Shown here: in pieces, positions 48,818 to 63,828 of the stretch
Layout of the letters: every line of letters begins with the position of its first letter
Numbering within the stretch: position 1 is the stretch's first letter
DNA from: Amphiscolops sp. MND2022
Taxonomy: Eukaryota
DNA length: 64,000 nt
Assembly (NCBI GenBank): GCA_964187785.1
Contig: OZ076409.1
Span: 12,154,001 to 12,218,000 of the forward strand
Reading direction: 5' to 3'
Position numbers and translations under genes: made by a program
Notes under the pieces: generated by a model
What the model saw: the letters and a program-made list of their open reading frames with translations, nothing else
What the model was told of the DNA's origin: nothing
The model's database searches: none

Positions 48818-49840
48818 TTAGCAGAACTGCTCAACGGTTGAGCTAAGCAAAATTGAAATTGGACACCACCACAATATAGCCTAAAGTAATTTTCCTATCC
48901 CACTGAAAAAGAAAACGAAAAGTGTAGGAAACTTGCAAAAAGCAGTTGGAACATTAGGCATCTTTGAGGTGTACAATTTCGTAAAATTTCCAAAACCTTT
49001 CGCAATTTCTTGCCTTTTTTGAAATGAAAACTCCGGACTTCTCCATTAAAAAGTTCGCAAATCGGGAGAACTTTTTGTCGTGGCACTTGTCTGACAATCA
49101 CATCCACTGAAACTTTCACAAAAATAGGGAATTTTATAAAACCGTAAAAAAATTAAAATTCATTTTCATGGGTTTTTCAAATCAAAAGTAGCACATTTTT
49201 CTTCTAAACAGCGCGCTGAACTGCTATTTGAGGAAAATTTGGAACTTTAGTTGATTATTGGTTTTTTTTGGGATCAAAAATTGCAAAGCTGCATTGACCA
49301 ATTTCCGGAAAAAAACATTGCGAATTTCTCCTCCAGTACGTTTTAGAATGGGTTTTAATTTTTTCACCGTTTTCTTCTACCTTAAGCTACTAGTCGGCAT
49401 TTAACCTCCGCTCGTGTCCGAAATTGATTGCTTTGATTCTAAATTATTGAATCACAAAAGATGAAAGCTAAAAATTACGTAACCAATCCGATACTTTTTC
49501 ATTTAAGATGATGCAATATGTGAGGAGCTTAGCATGGACTTAAACTCCAGTCATCATTCAAAATTCGACTGTGAATATTAAAGTTCCTGAAGAATAAAGA
49601 ACAACAGACAAATTTAGATTAACTGTTGATAAACAATCCGTTGCTATTTTTAGTTACCAATTGTTATTGTTGTTTACTAACAACTACGTAGTTCTCTAGA
49701 ATACCCAGCTTTCGTTACGATAAACTTTGCTCTAGAGGAAACATTGTTTCTTACAAACTCTTGTATTACAAGTCTAGTTCGCAGTATACAACATGGCGCA
49801 GCCAACAATCTGAACTTACAGAAAACAAAAAACTGCAAAA

Positions 49841-52800
49841 ATGGAAGATGAACAAGACAACTTAACGGGAGAAGCAAGCAGCCAATCACTCCCAAACAAT
49901 ACAACAGCGAGATCGGCAGAACGGACAACAACACAAAAGTTGCCCATTCCGATCTTAGAAAAAACCGATCACACCAGTGCAAAACTCTGGTGGAGAAAAT
50001 TCACCCAATACATTAAAAGGACACGGGAAAAAAATCTATCAAAGATGACCAACTCCAAAGAAGTGCTTCCCCAATTCAGAGACCAACTCGAAGACGAAAT
50101 AAAAGACGTCTTCATCTGGGCGGTCGGGCAAGCAGCACTCACCGAAATGACAAAGACTGTAAGAGAAAGAGAACCAAATTCTCTACCATTATACCGTCTT
50201 TACGCACTATTCAGACTACACTTTATTCCGGAACGGAACAAACACCATAGCAGAGCCGATTTCTTCAACCTAAAGCGGGAACCCGGAGAATCCGCAGCAG
50301 AAACATGGTAAAGAATACTCGAAATCGAGAAAAACTGCGAATTCGAAGAAATAACAGCGGCAGAACTGCTGGCGTCAAAATTTCTTTCAGTAATCGGGAA
50401 AACCACGGGAGACAATGATCTAAAAAAGAAAATAAAGAAAGGGGACATGTCGGTAGAAGCAATAACCGACACAATCCACGAATACATGTATGAAAAAATG
50501 AACGAATCCCGATATACGGAAGAAGAAACAAAAATAAAACACGTGGACAGAAAAAGAAGCTACCAAAAACCGGAAAGAAACAAATCAAATAAACTCAGAA
50601 AAGTCGACTGCATTAGATGCGGAGCACCAAACTGGAACAAACAACATGATTGCCCAGCAAAAACAAAAAAGTGCCTAAATTGCGGAAAAACTGGTCAAAA
50701 TTTTGCCGTACAAAGCAGAGAACGGACCGAGGGATAAAACACATTCATCCGGAATCGGAAGCAACAAGCGCAGAAGAAGACGAATGGACACCAAACAAAA
50801 TTCACCTTATCACGAAAATAAACCATTCAACAAAACAAGCAGCCAGTGACGGACAGCCATTCATCACAAAAACGGCATTTGTTAATAACCGTCCAATCAA
50901 ATTCATTATAGACAGCGGATCACCGGTCACCCTGATTCCAAAACAAATGTGAGGAAATGAGGCCAAAACACCAATGAGGCCACTACAAACCGAATACAGA
51001 GATGTAAACAACAACAAAATCCAATTCGAAGGAAAAACAATAGCTAACTTTGAAATCAACGGGGAAACAAAAAAGCTGGAACTTCTGATAACTACGAAAA
51101 AAAAACGAATCCATTACTTGGACTAGATTGGATCAAACAACTGGGGATAAAGCTAGAAATGGAGAAGACTAACCCGAAGATCCAGAATGTAAAAGAAGAC
51201 CCGGACACAACCGAATTGAAGAGAAAATTCAAAAAACTATTCCACGAAAATAAAACAATGAAAGGAATAGAAGTAGATATCGAACTAAAACCGGACGCCA
51301 AGTTAATACAACAAAAAGGTCGTCCGATACCAATACATCTACAACCAGCAGTTGGTAAAGAAATCGAAAAGCTGAAGAAAAATGGACACATTGAGAAGGC
51401 AACAAACATCAACGAAAATTGTTTTGTCAGTCCGGCAGTAATAACCGTAAAAAAGACAAGTCGGTAAAAATTGCTTTAGATTCACGGAAACTAAATGAAA
51501 TAACCATGAAACGGAAAGCACAAATGCCGAATATGGAGGAACTCATCTCACGAATATCCAGAAAAATAGCAGACGGGGCATCCGACCAAATATGGATATC
51601 TAAATTCGACTTGGATTACGCCTACGGACAAATGCAGCTATCAAAACACGCAATGGATCTGTGTATATTCGCGATAACCGGAGGCAACTTCACTGGATAC
51701 TACAGATTACTGAAGGGATTTTACGGCCTGGCGGACATACCGACCATATTTCAAGAAAAGAAAGACCAAACACTGGAGAATACACATCCGGCGTGGTTAG
51801 ATGACATATTAGTCGTCACAAAAGGAACAAAAGAACAACATACACGTGAGTTAATCGAGGTATTAACAAAATTGGAAAACGCAGGGTGCAGATTGAGCGA
51901 AAACAAAACAGAATTTTATAAAACCGAAATTGAGTGAGTGGGTCACAAAATTGACCAAAACGGTATTAGACCGTTACAAGATAAACTAAAAGCGATACAA
52001 AAATTAAAAGAACCAAAGAACGAAAAGGAATTGAAAACATTTCTAGGGGCAATTCAATACCTCTCGAAATACATTGAAAACCTGTCAGCACAAACTGATT
52101 TGTTAAGACAGCTGTTAAAAAAGAAAAACAACTGGAACTGGTCAACGGAACACTCCGAAGCATTCAACCAATTAAAGCAAAAAAAAATCACGGAAATACC
52201 GTGTCTCGCTCACTACAGCTCCGTTCGACCGAACACACTCACAACCGACGCTAGTACAAAGGGATTGGGCGCAACCCTCTGGCAAGAACAAAATAACGGC
52301 GACTTAAAACCGATAGCATTCGCAAGCAGATTTCTATCGGACACAAAAAAAATATGCAATCAACGAGCGCGAATTATTAGCGGTAGTCTGGGGCTTAGAA
52401 CATTTCCGACTATACATTTACGGCAAGCCCGTCAAATTATTGACGGATCACCAAGCACTAGAACCTCTAATTAAACGCAACCGCTCAAACAAAACCAACA
52501 GCGCACGCTTAACACGCTGGCTCGACCGATTAGCACACTTCACAATTAATGTCAACCATATAGCCGGTAAACATTTAGCGCTCACGGATTACTTGAGTAG
52601 AAACCCGATCGAACCGGCGCAAAAGGACGAAGCATACGAAGAAGAGTATGTGATTAACAGCATAGCACCGCACTAATGATTCGTTTCAAAATTTGGTTGC
52701 CTTAGCAACCACTTCAACCAATCACATCGCGAGAACGGACCAAAAGCAGACAATAAGCGATCATCGGACAACGCGCGTGAACAAAACGCCATTAACAGCC

Positions 52801-55200
52801 TTAATCGCTTTTCAAACAGCAACGCAAATTTCAATCAAAATTCCGATTCAAAAAGAACCATTGACACGCTTGAATCAATCGATTCTTCTCAAGAGACTAC
52901 TGATTTAATTGAGAGAAGGCGAAACATTGTAAAGCCGGGAGTGTACCGACTATCGAACGGTAAGTGGAAGAAATACCACGAGTCGAAGTTCCTCCGCAAC
53001 GAGAGAAAAACTATTGAAGAAAGATTAATGGAAATTATTAGCAGATTAGAAAGCCCGGCCGTAGAAATTAGAAACCGGCCCACTCATATTCAACTACAAA
53101 ATGATTACCTACCCGACTGGCAGTTTACCGGAGCAAGAAACTTCGAAGGGGGATTCATCCCGAAAGATGCAAACCAACCCAGCACATCAACAGCTCGCCC
53201 GGTAGAAGCACCAATGGAAGAAGGGGAAAACTCGAGTGCTTCCGAGATGGCTCCGTCGGTACTGGAAGTACCGACCATTAACTGGGCCAACTACTTAGGC
53301 ATAAAGAGTGTTCAATACATCAAAATGGGACACGCGCCAAGAATACAAGCAATTGAACCGAACTACTGGGACCACGAAAACACCGTCAGAGAAACCGAAA
53401 AAGAATTCGCAACGGACCTCCAGTTACTAATGACGGAAACGACAAACGACCCGAAGCTATTGAAAACACTCGTATGCTTAGAAAGAAAGCAATACAACAG
53501 CATCCCCGAGGAATACAACCAATACAAGCGGAAATTATCCACAAGATATGGATTAGTATTCTTCGAAGAGAAAATTATTGTGCCCGCAAATCTAAGGACA
53601 ACCGTCATCTCGCTCCTCCACAAAGGACACCCAGCAATTAATAAGATGACCATTGAAGCGAAACACTTCTGGTGGCCGAAGCTAACCGAGGCAATTCAAA
53701 GAAAATGCGACAGCTGCATACCGTGTAAACTTTCCGGTAAGAATTAAAAACCTAATTTACCTAAGACGGAACAAAACTATTTACCGCTATTGAACTCACC
53801 GAACGAAGAAATCCAATTGGATTTCATCGGACCAATCACGGAAGAGAACCGTAGATTTTACATTTTACTATCCATTGACCGGTATAGTAAATGGCCGGCC
53901 GCCAATTTGTGCAAAATAACGGACGGAGAAACGGCTGTAAAATTTCTACAACAGTATATCAAACTGAACGGAATACCAAAAACAATACGAACCGATAAAG
54001 CGTCGGCGTTCACAGGTCGCTTCTTTAGAGAATTCTGTAAAAAGAACTACATTTCGATAATATACGGAACACCGTATATACATACCCCAACCGGCCTGGT
54101 GGAACGGGGCGTAAGAACTTTAAAGGAAAACTTATTAACGAATATAAAAGCGGGAGAACCATTCGGAAAAGTTCTCGTCCTAGCACTGTACGTAATGCGG
54201 ACTACACCACACACCAGACTAAAAAAATCGGCATTCGAACTACACTTCGGAAGGGAACCGAACACGGAACTGAGTAATATGTTAAAATTAAATGAAATCA
54301 AAAAACTAACAAATAACCATTCCTTTTTAGCAAAACCAGAGACTTTACAAGTCTACACATTCAGTGGAGAAGGCGGTAGCTCCGACCATATGCCAATGAA
54401 ACAAAAGAGAAAATCAACAAAGACGGTAAGCGAATACCCGTTTAAATTCTTTGAAAGAAAAAATCAAAAAACTGAGTTCGAGAGCCCCTACTCAGATCAG
54501 TTACAAACGGCAATAAAAGGGACCAATCATACGATAACTACAGCAGATAACAAAATAATCCATCGTAAACTAATTAGTAAACCAATTAAACCATTTGAAC
54601 AGGAACCATCCAACAGAGGCACCGGACCAAGAGGACCGGACTGACGATTCGCTCGCAAAGAGAGCAAATCACCAGGAACCCCCCAAAAAAGTCCCAATCA
54701 CAAGAAGATCAATTGGACACCAGTCCAGAGCCACCGAACACCAAAAAGAACGGAACATTTGGCAGAGGAAGACCAAAAATGGCCAAACTGATCAGAGAAA
54801 AAGGACAGCAAAGCCCACCCGAAGTGAGACCTGGGAATGGCAGCCACGACGGCAGCGACGAACACCTAGGCACACTAACTGCAAATGCAGAGCAAATGTC
54901 GGAATCCGACATTGAACAGATAATCGAGGACACACAAGAATCAGGCCAAGAACTTCATATCAGGGACCATAATGGTAAAGTAACCTACGATACTTTTGAT
55001 AAAATAGAAGAATCAGATAAGAACTAGCAAGCAATTTAAGTTCAAGCACTGAAATAGAAAAAGAACTAGAAAAAACAGAGGAAAATAACCTACGCCGGTC
55101 AAAACGCCTAACCAAAGCCAACCCTATAGTAAGATTGAACAACCCAGTTAACCACGATTGTTACAGGAAACACAGCAAAAAGACTAAATCTGTCACCTTT
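49841..55200 (+). pseudogene. gag-pol of Gypsy C, many stops/frameshifts; end approximate
   Basis: Knuckles CIRCG..HDC and CLNCGKTG; protease IIDSGS; RT WLDD; RNase H TTDAS..DYLSR; integrase HKGH..CDSC, QLD/RTD/VER. Confidence 0.9.
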
Positions 55201-55275
55201 ACCGGAGACACAGGAGGAGGTGGGAGAGCAGGACGGCGAAGAAAACAACTGAACCATTCAACGGAAAACCAAAAT

Positions 55276-55362
55276 GCCAATCACGGAAGCCCGGATTCAA
55301 CAATTGCTAATGACGGAAGCCCGGATTCAACAACTGCCAATCACGAAAGCCCGGATTCAACA
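55276..55362 (+). repeat. 30-bp tandem repeat x3 near the 3' end of Gypsy C
   Basis: CYAATSACGRAAGCCCGGATTCAACAA repeated three times. Confidence 0.8.
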
Positions 55363-57532
55363 AAGAGACGTGGCCAGGTTACCGACCACAAAACTATGGA
55401 CTGCAACGGAACCCCATTGGATAGTTCCCATCCAATTGTAGAGGGTTAAATGAAGAATAATGAACAACAGAAAAATTTAGATTAACTGTTGATAAACAAT
55501 CCGTTGCTATTTTTAGTTACCATTTGTTATTGTTGTTTACTAACAACTACGTAGGTCTCTAGAATACCCAGCTTTCATTACGATAAACTTTGCTCTAGAG
55601 AAAACATTGTTTCTTACAAACTCTTGTATTACAAGTCTAGTTCGCAGTATACAACAGTTCCAATCCGAAAAGAATTAAGCGACTTGATCTTTTGAAGTTA
55701 GCTTTGATAAGAGCAAATTTGATCAAATCAATGCCAATTCTGTTTCACACACACAAGTCATAGGTATTATCTGAGTTCTCAGTCCGTGAGCATGCAAAAA
55801 GCCAATTTTTTTTTCAACCGAGAGGAGTTAAATAGGCAGGTTATAAATTTTATAATTTATAAACGACGGACCATATTTCTTATGACCCCAAACTCAACCC
55901 CCCTCCCCCAGGGGGGGGGGAAGACAGAAAGTTCAAATACCATTATGTCGACATCGTTTGCGGTGAAATTTTGGTCCAATAAAATAAATGATCTTAAAAG
56001 TTGCTCATTAGATATTTGAATTTTTGCTATTTTGGACAATAATATTATAGCAATTACATCCAAAGTATTTACATTCAAATGATATTCTCGTAAAGTGAAA
56101 TATATTTTTCCAAGAATAAAATGCTTTTTCGTGTTGAGGGGGGTTGTGAATTCGAAACAAGGTGTACGGGGGCTGGGAAATAAAAAAACATGGTCCTAAA
56201 TGACTGCCAAACACTACACATAACATGAAAACTGTCGTTTGTAACTTTCTAGTTGTGATACGGGTTTTATTCCGCTTTGTTTTCGGAATATTCTGTACCT
56301 TAATGCCAGAAAAACCAATAATGTCTTCCTAATGTGCATGCGTTGCTTCAAAATACGCAAGAACAACTAACATGCAGCTACTGAGAATGAACAACCAAAA
56401 ACAGACGTGGCGGTGTTTAGAAACACGATGCTCAAACTAACCATAAAACACAGTCATCTCTCATTTTATTAGTCTGCCCTTTCGTAGAAAGAGGCGACCA
56501 TAGTAGTGGCTTTCTAAATTTTTTCAAGACCAACGATGTGACAGGCTTTATAAGCTTTATAAGCTGTTACGTGTACCGGATATAACGTTTCTTGGAGAAT
56601 TTTTAAAAGCTGTAGAAAGTGCCAAGGAGTCCCCTTCTACAAGAACACAACCGGATTCAACGCAAACCGGATATAACGAATTCTGGATGTAACTATACCG
56701 GATATATCGTTTCTTGTTTTTTTTTGAGACCGACGAATGGGCAGATTTTATCATTTCTATCATTTTTGTTCATTTTGTTCAACCTGCAGACAATCTCCTT
56801 AGAACATAAAAAACTTCTAACACGTACATAAATTCGGATAAGACGTTTTCAAAAATCGGATGCAACGTTTTCAAAGTTCGGATTTAACGTTTTCAAAGTT
56901 CGGGTATAAAGTTTTCATTTCTCGTATAACGCTATCATCCTCCCAAAAACAATTTCGCATAAATTGCGTCTAATGTAAAGCTTTAGGATCAGGTTTTCAG
57001 TACTATAAGACTTTTTTGGATTTTCGAAAAATCTTTAACAAGTGGTACTAAAACCACGTCCGTCGGGTACACTTTTGTGCTTTGAGCGGGGCGCAGACTT
57101 GGGCCGCTCCCGGCTTGTTTTGTATCAATTCAGGGTTACATGTGTCAAAATTTGCTAAATTAAGATTTCCTCGGTTAAAATCTTATCACAATCATCAGAT
57201 AAATTCAAATTATCGTTTTCAATAATCGGTCTTCGACTTTGCGCCTTCCGTCAAAACTAGCAGTTGGACCAGCAATGACACGTCGCTTCCATCCTGAATT
57301 TAGGGTGCCATGTGAACGTGGCCAATCAACGATATTTAATCGAGTGAGAGCTTTTTTGGCTTACTGCTTTGCTCCTGAAAATTTGGATTTTTGTTGTACT
57401 AAATTTGGATATAAAAACTGATATCTGACAAATTTCTCTTTGATTCATTCATTACTGTTCATTCATTCCACATGGATTTTGAATTGACTGAAGCGATTTT
57501 ATGACATTCTGTTGAAGAAATATCTAGGACAT

Positions 57533-57759
57533 TGTCATATTCTGTTCATTCCGGTTCCCGACCTCTGCCGAGTTTCGGTTCATAAACTGTCTACCTGAAT
57601 GTTGTTGACAAACAAACTCAAATGTATATTAAATTAGATACTCCATTATATACAAAATAGTATCTACGATACAGTCAGTGAACTATATATCTTCTCTTAA
57701 CCCATTCTTTTAACTTAGCTTCTAGTTAGTCAGAATAGAACAGTCAGGTTCGTAATACA
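57533..57759. repeat. Short solo-LTR-like repeat related to 7964-8168
   Basis: TGTCATA...GTAATACA with a shared internal core; no TSD seen. Confidence 0.45.
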
Positions 57760-58087
57760 TGTAGTACGTAATCTTGCTTCCGTTCGATTTTTAAAAAAAT
57801 TTGATATCCAAATCGTCAAAGCCTTTTGCAGAAGAGATCTGGGATCTTACAAGCAAATATCTGACAGTCGATGAACTTTCAACTATGCTTGAACAAGAAC
57901 CAAGTTTACTGTCAAAAATGTCTCAACGAATATAAAACAATTTAGTAGCTTGAAAAAAAATATTTTCCTCATCTCAAATGTTACATGAACGGAATGTAAT
58001 GATCCTAGCTTTTGAAATTGCCCTAGTTTCAAGATGTGAGGAGAAGCATACACGAGAGGAATGATGTAAGAATTTTGCTTGTTGCAG

Positions 58088-58289
58088 ACAGCTGTGTGAC
58101 CCTCAGATGACCTCGATCGAGCCGGAGACGTTTGGGAATGTGATGAAAGGCCTGGAGTTCCACAAGTTCTACTTCGAGAACCAGATCCAGAAGAACCAGA
58201 CAGCCAGCAAGAGCATGATGATGAAGCCGACCAACGTCACTCTCATGGGGTCGGATGCGGCCGTCATCAGCTACACCAGATTGGAACAG
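58088..58289 (+). CDS. CaMKII: CaMKII exon, association (hub) domain
   Basis: ttgcag|A CAG CTG TGT GAC: QLCDPQMTSIEPETFGNVMKGLEFHKFYFEN...DAAVISYTRLEQ|gtacct. Confidence 0.9.
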
Positions 58290-58563
58290 GTACCTTTCTC
58301 GTTGATACGTAACATTGATGTTACTGAGACCTCAAACTTGCGCTCTTTTCTGTTTTCCCCCAACCACCAAACTTTTTGAAAATAAATTTCTTTAACAAAA
58401 TTAGACTAGCCTAACTAAAAGTAAAACCTTCTTTCATAACGAGAAGTTAACGTCTATCAGAACAGTTTTTTTCTTGAACAACAAAAGGAAAAAGTCTGAA
58501 CAAAGTTTGTATCTGAACCCTAAACTATCACCCTGGGAATAAAAATAAAATTGAAGCTTTCTG

Positions 58564-58766
58564 GGATCTTTTCTGTTAATTTGCCCCACCCCTCTACAGT
58601 AAGCGCGAAAATTTTAATCCCCCCAGTATCAGCGATGAGTTTCAGTTGCAGTTGGAAATATAAATACCCCAATTTGATTGGTTGATACTATCAAATCAAT
58701 GATAATTTCACTTGACCGCTTAACTGGGGGAATTAAATCGGTGGGGGCGATTAACAGAAAAGGTCC
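58564..58766. mobile_element. ~200-bp foldback MITE
   Basis: GGATCTTTTCTGTTAAT..CCCCACC / GGTGGGG..ATTAACAGAAAAGGTCC inverted ends plus inner CCCCCAGT/ACTGGGGG arms. Confidence 0.7.
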
Positions 58767-60330
58767 GTTTTCTGGTTTGTATTCAAGTCTTTTTGTTATA
58801 AAATTTCCAAAAAATTATTGTGGTGGGAGAGGGGGGGCGAAAAAAGCCCAAACATGAACTTTGCTTGAACAATTGACTCATGCCTATAAGTTCTAATGCG
58901 GTAAAACAGTGTGGACAAATGTGGTATGTAACTCCATTTCTACTTATTCGACGATCTTTTAAGACCATCAGGTTATCCTTCTTTTGTTGTTTCTTGTATT
59001 GAATTACAACTATTCTGAAAGTTGAATTTTGCAAACACTAAAAGTCCTCACGAAACACTCAAATAGGCACTACTCTAGTTGAACCTGCAAGAAAATGTTC
59101 CATGTTTCATCCAAGCATGCTTCTAAATTTTTGATAAATGTAGGAAATACTGGAAGCACGCATGGAGAAATTTTGAAGGATTACAATCCAGCTTCAACTA
59201 TTTTATAAAATCATGAAAAATTAGCTCAGTAACCTACAAAACTTGTAAAAAGTTCAAGCAGTTTCACACAGTGTAATCTACAGATAAATGCAGAACCCAG
59301 GGTTTTAACATAGCTAATTTTTTTTCGCTAACTAATCGCAAAACCGCTAATTTCAAAATCATAATTCGCTGATAAACTGTTTCTTCAAGCTATAAAACGT
59401 TTGACTTCAAGTATGTTTTAAACTTAAATGATAACTAAATTCAGTCTTTGCGGGGAAAAAGCCTAGAATTTTTCATACTCTGTGGGTTATACAAAGGTAA
59501 AAGTTGGAATTTTTCGAAATTCTTTTTGAAACTCAGTGTATACTGAGATGAAGTTTTGAATTCGAACAGTTTCTTAGTTGCAGCTAATTTGAGTTGCTAC
59601 TAAAATCGCTGAAAACAATCTGCGCTAAATCGCTGATTAGTGATGTCAAAACTTTGGCAGAACCAGAGGGCAAAGCGGAGGCATCAGGTCTACCCATCGT
59701 AGGTGTCCTCAAAGGGTGTCAGCGAAGCAAGGCGATCAAGAGCGCAAAACTAGTCATCTTTAAAGTCTCCTGTTCTCAGCTGGAAATCCATCTCGAATCA
59801 TCATTTCTTAAGAATGACCTCATTAGCTATTGCTCCAGTAGAAAAATTATTCTACAGGAGCAATAGCTCATGAAAACTTTTCGTAGAAAATCCGGTAAGC
59901 AATTAGCAACCGAATCTAACAAAGACCGAATTCTAGTTATTTGCCACCCCAGTTCACATTCGCATAGTGAAACTTTCGCTCAGCAGAACTTTGTATCTTT
60001 CCCGTTCCTATTTAACTTTTCATTTGTGCCTTGATTTGTGCCTCTAAAGAAAAAGTGCCTCGCTGCTGCAATCATTGATTTCATTTTTGAGCTTTTTTCG
60101 GCTGAAAAATTTGTTTTGGTAAAATTTTATCTCAACTCAGAAACTTAGAATTTTTGTCTTTGATCAATACTGATGTTAAACCTTTAAAAAAGGATTTCCA
60201 GGGCTGGTTGGTCTTACCAGTCCTCTCCAAGTCTTTTCCGTATATTGCTGATAACTATGTAGTTTGTTCGAGGAGAAAAAAATCTTTTCTTTTTCTTTGG
60301 ATTTTGTGACGTCAAGATGAATTTTTGCAG

Positions 60331-60483
60331 GTACACGAGGAGGCAACCGGAGTTTTCAGAACCAGCGAGACAGCCGAGAGTTTAGTCTGGCACCGAAAGG
60401 ACGGAAAATGGCAACTGGTTCACTTCCACAAGAGCAACACTGGCTCTAGCACGTCAGTCGTGTCCACGACAGACAAAAAGTAA
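60331..60483 (+). CDS. CaMKII: CaMKII last coding exon
   Basis: tttttgcag|[35 protein letters not shown]...KK*; phase 0 matches the previous exon; AATAAA at 60842. Too short for the ORF track. Confidence 0.9.
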   Translation, partial: VHEEATGVFRTSETAESLVWHRKDGKWQLVHFHKSNTGSSTSVVSTTDKK

Positions 60484-62202
60484 CGCAACAAAACCCTTTC
60501 AACGTTTCGCATTCCTTTGCGGCTTTATTAGGAAAAGAAATAACTAAAAATCATTGTCTGCGTAATTTTTATTCGTTTAAGACTACAAACAATGTACAGT
60601 TATTTATTGAAATTGTGCTAAATTTGAAATCTTCATTTCATTCGATAAGCATCGTTTTGTTAAAATCACACTTCTCAATTATGTTGTGCCGTCAACTTTT
60701 GTTCAAAAGATTTTGAATGTAGTATTGATAATGCAGATTATAATTTACGCTCTATTTCATTATTTGTTATGATTTGATTTTCGAGAGCAGTTTTTTTAGA
60801 AATTGAGAGCAAGTCGTTTTGACGTCTATTTCATGTCTATGAATAAATCTACTATTTTGCTGGATTAATATTAACTGTTTTATTGAGGTTTAAAAAGTTC
60901 GTCCTTCCATGGTTTTTTTCAATAGTATGCGCAAGATAGTTCAGCCACTTTCAATTTGGTCTAAGTCACCAAATTGTACTTATAGTAAAAAGTTGAGTTT
61001 AGTTGCTCATTGAAAAGCATTCCCTGGGGTAACTCACAAATTTTCTGGGTATGTTCTACAGAAGTTGTCAAACGTTACCAACATCGGTAAACGGCGTTTT
61101 TCAAAAGGGAGTCTATTATTTTCCGCCAATATTTTCACCTGGAAAAAGAGTTACGAAATGAGCTGCGTTTTTATCCAAATTTGTTGGTTCCAAAATGATA
61201 GCGGTTCTTTCACACAAAAGTAGTTTGGTTCGCAGCAAATGTGTTTGTGGATATACTTGAACTTTATTGGGGGAAAGTTTCTCCGGTAAACTTTAATTAG
61301 TTGCATAAATTTAGGTTAAGTTAGATAAAACTTGAGATATTAAATTTTAGAGTAGCCAATTTGGAGCTAAGTTTTTCCCAACAAAAATTCATATAAAATA
61401 TACAAATCATTGACGTTACTTAAGAGTTAATTACCACTTCCACTTTAATGCTAGTGTCGCTTGTTCAAAATCAACAGCACTGTCAACGGAACTGATTAGT
61501 TGAAATGAATGTCCGCTAAGACGCTTAATTGTTTTTGTGGGCGGTTTTTGTAACAAAAAGCGGTCGACTCTTACGGTCCACATTTTTGTTCATGTTGTTC
61601 AATTTCATCGATGATTTCATATCGTCGTGCAGCAAGTCTAAATATATCTAGGACCATATTACAAGGCTAGAACGTGGAAAAGGTTTTTTAGGCTCTGTGC
61701 AACTTTTCCCGGAGAAATAATTTCACCAACGGGCCCCCTTCGGTTTCCTTCTGTTTTGACTTTCGAAAAAACGTTTCACGTGCTTAAAGGTTCCCCGCTT
61801 TGAGTTTTTCGGCACTGTACTTCTTTTTGCGTCAGAAAATGTTTTCAAAAAAATTTCCAAATTGGTATTCTCTAACTATTGGACCTGTTATTCGCAGTTA
61901 TATTTTGACAAATTGCTTTTCGACGAGTTGCAATCGAGACGAGTTCTCTTAGATTACGCAAAACCATCCCAACTAATTTAAAAAACGATTTGTTCAATTT
62001 TTGACCTTCCTTATGCAATTTTTGGAATTGTTTCGGAACTTGTGTTGGTAAAAAATGTTCTCCAATTTCAACGAAACAACTAGCTATCCGGCATGCTTTT
62101 CAAAACATTTTTCCTGAAAAACTTTCCTAAAAACCTTGAAATATTTTTTGTACATTTTTGATGTTTTCGAACAACTGAAACATACTTTTAATATACATAT
62201 TT

Positions 62203-63828
62203 GTTATTTTCCGCCCATATTTCATATGGGAAAGGAAAATATTTAAATCAAACGGGTTTTTTTTTTTTTACAAAATTTGCCAAGATTTTATTTATATTTA
62301 AATTTAAGGGTGTTACCCATAGAATTCAACCCACATAAATTTAGCTTCGTGCGATATGTATTTGTAGAGATTTTTGAAGTTTTTTTAAAAAATGACGAAA
62401 ATGACGAAAATGACCCCTTAATGACAAAATGACCCCTTAATGACAAAATGACCCCGAAAATGACAAAAATTCCCAAATTTCTCATTTTTAAACATTTTTA
62501 TGCAATTTTTGCCATTTTTTGAGACACCGCGAATTAGAAAAATGGACAAGATGAATCGAAGCTTTCTTTTCTTCGAACTTCTCAGCGTTTTTATAGTGCA
62601 TTAGTTATTCTTGAGCCTCAAATTTATGTAGTTGTAGAACAGTTCGGGGCGGAAAATATCCCGCTCCTCAGCGGGCGTCTTGTTATAATTTTAATGGAAG
62701 CCTCAAAGTTTCTGAAAAGCTAAAAACACACAAAAAAACGGATTTTTTGAATAATTTCATGCGGATTCCGTACACTTTTGGATTGTTGGCGTGGGTAGGA
62801 ATATCCAGAGCTCAACAACAGAACATTCAGCCACTCAGTTTTTTTTGTATAAGAACATGATGTTTTGTCCTGGAAGGGCTGTATTTGTTTTTGCAAAATT
62901 TGTAGTTTTTTGGTTTTGAGTTGCTGCAAAGTTCAGTCACAGAGATGATATTTCAACATATACATATGCTACGAGCCTAACTTATGGTTGAATTCGGTTA
63001 AGGAATCTCCAAAATTTGAGATTAAAACTGGAGCATGGTAAATCTCATTTAGGAATACGCTAAGTACCGAATTGTTTTGTTGTTGAACTAAGTGAATACC
63101 AGTACCTAACCTACCAAAGTTGTATAGTATAAGTTTATAGTCACAAAAAGTCACTAAAAACTTCGAAAATTGGAAAAATTTGATATTTTCCACTCCTTTG
63201 GGTCGTTTTGACGCGCTCTTCAAAAAAGAATCTGCACATTTAGGTTCCGAAACGCCTACTGGATACCAGATTCAATCGATGGTGAATAATTACATCATTC
63301 TAACACACAAAACAGATCAAAAATTTTACAAAAAAAATCATTCAAAAAATTGCATGAAAACGTCAAACACTTTAGGGGTATTTCTGCGTATTTTTCTACC
63401 TGCAAAACTGTCCTTTGAAACGCGTACTGCTTAGGTAGTTATTTCAACTGGAGCGTAATGAAAAAAAAAATTTGAAACAAAAAATGTCAAAAAAATAAGA
63501 ATTGTACGAGTTCAAGCAAGTATGTCCCTTGTTGAATGTTTTTAACATTCTAAGCCCCCAATACTATCAAAAATTTAACCAAAATTGCATAAAAACGCTA
63601 AAAATTGAAAGTTTGTCACTTTTGGGTTATTCTAGGATCTTTGGGAGTCAACCAAAACAGTCTAAAAATCTGTACAAATACATATCGCATGAAACTAAAT
63701 TACATCAGTTGAATCCATGGGTGTAATTATTCATCTTAGATACAAATTTGGAACATAAATTATTTTGTAAAAAAAGCGTTTGATTTAAATATTTTCCTTT
63801 CCCATATGGAATATGGGCGGAAAATAAT
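62203..63828. mobile_element. Non-autonomous DNA element with ~170-bp imperfect TIRs
   Basis: TTATTTTCCGCCCATATTTCATATGGGAAAGGAAAATATTTAAATCAAACG and AATTTAG..TGCGATATGTATTTGTA.AGATTTTT recur inverted at 63663-63828. Confidence 0.7.

Larger units (their letters stand above)
49588..55656 (+). mobile_element. Decayed full-length Gypsy element C (6069 bp)
   Basis: 206-bp TG...CA LTRs at 49588-49793 and 55451-55656; TSD GTTCC at 49583-49587 and 55657-55661; PBS TGGCGCAGCC at 49794. Confidence 0.95.
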
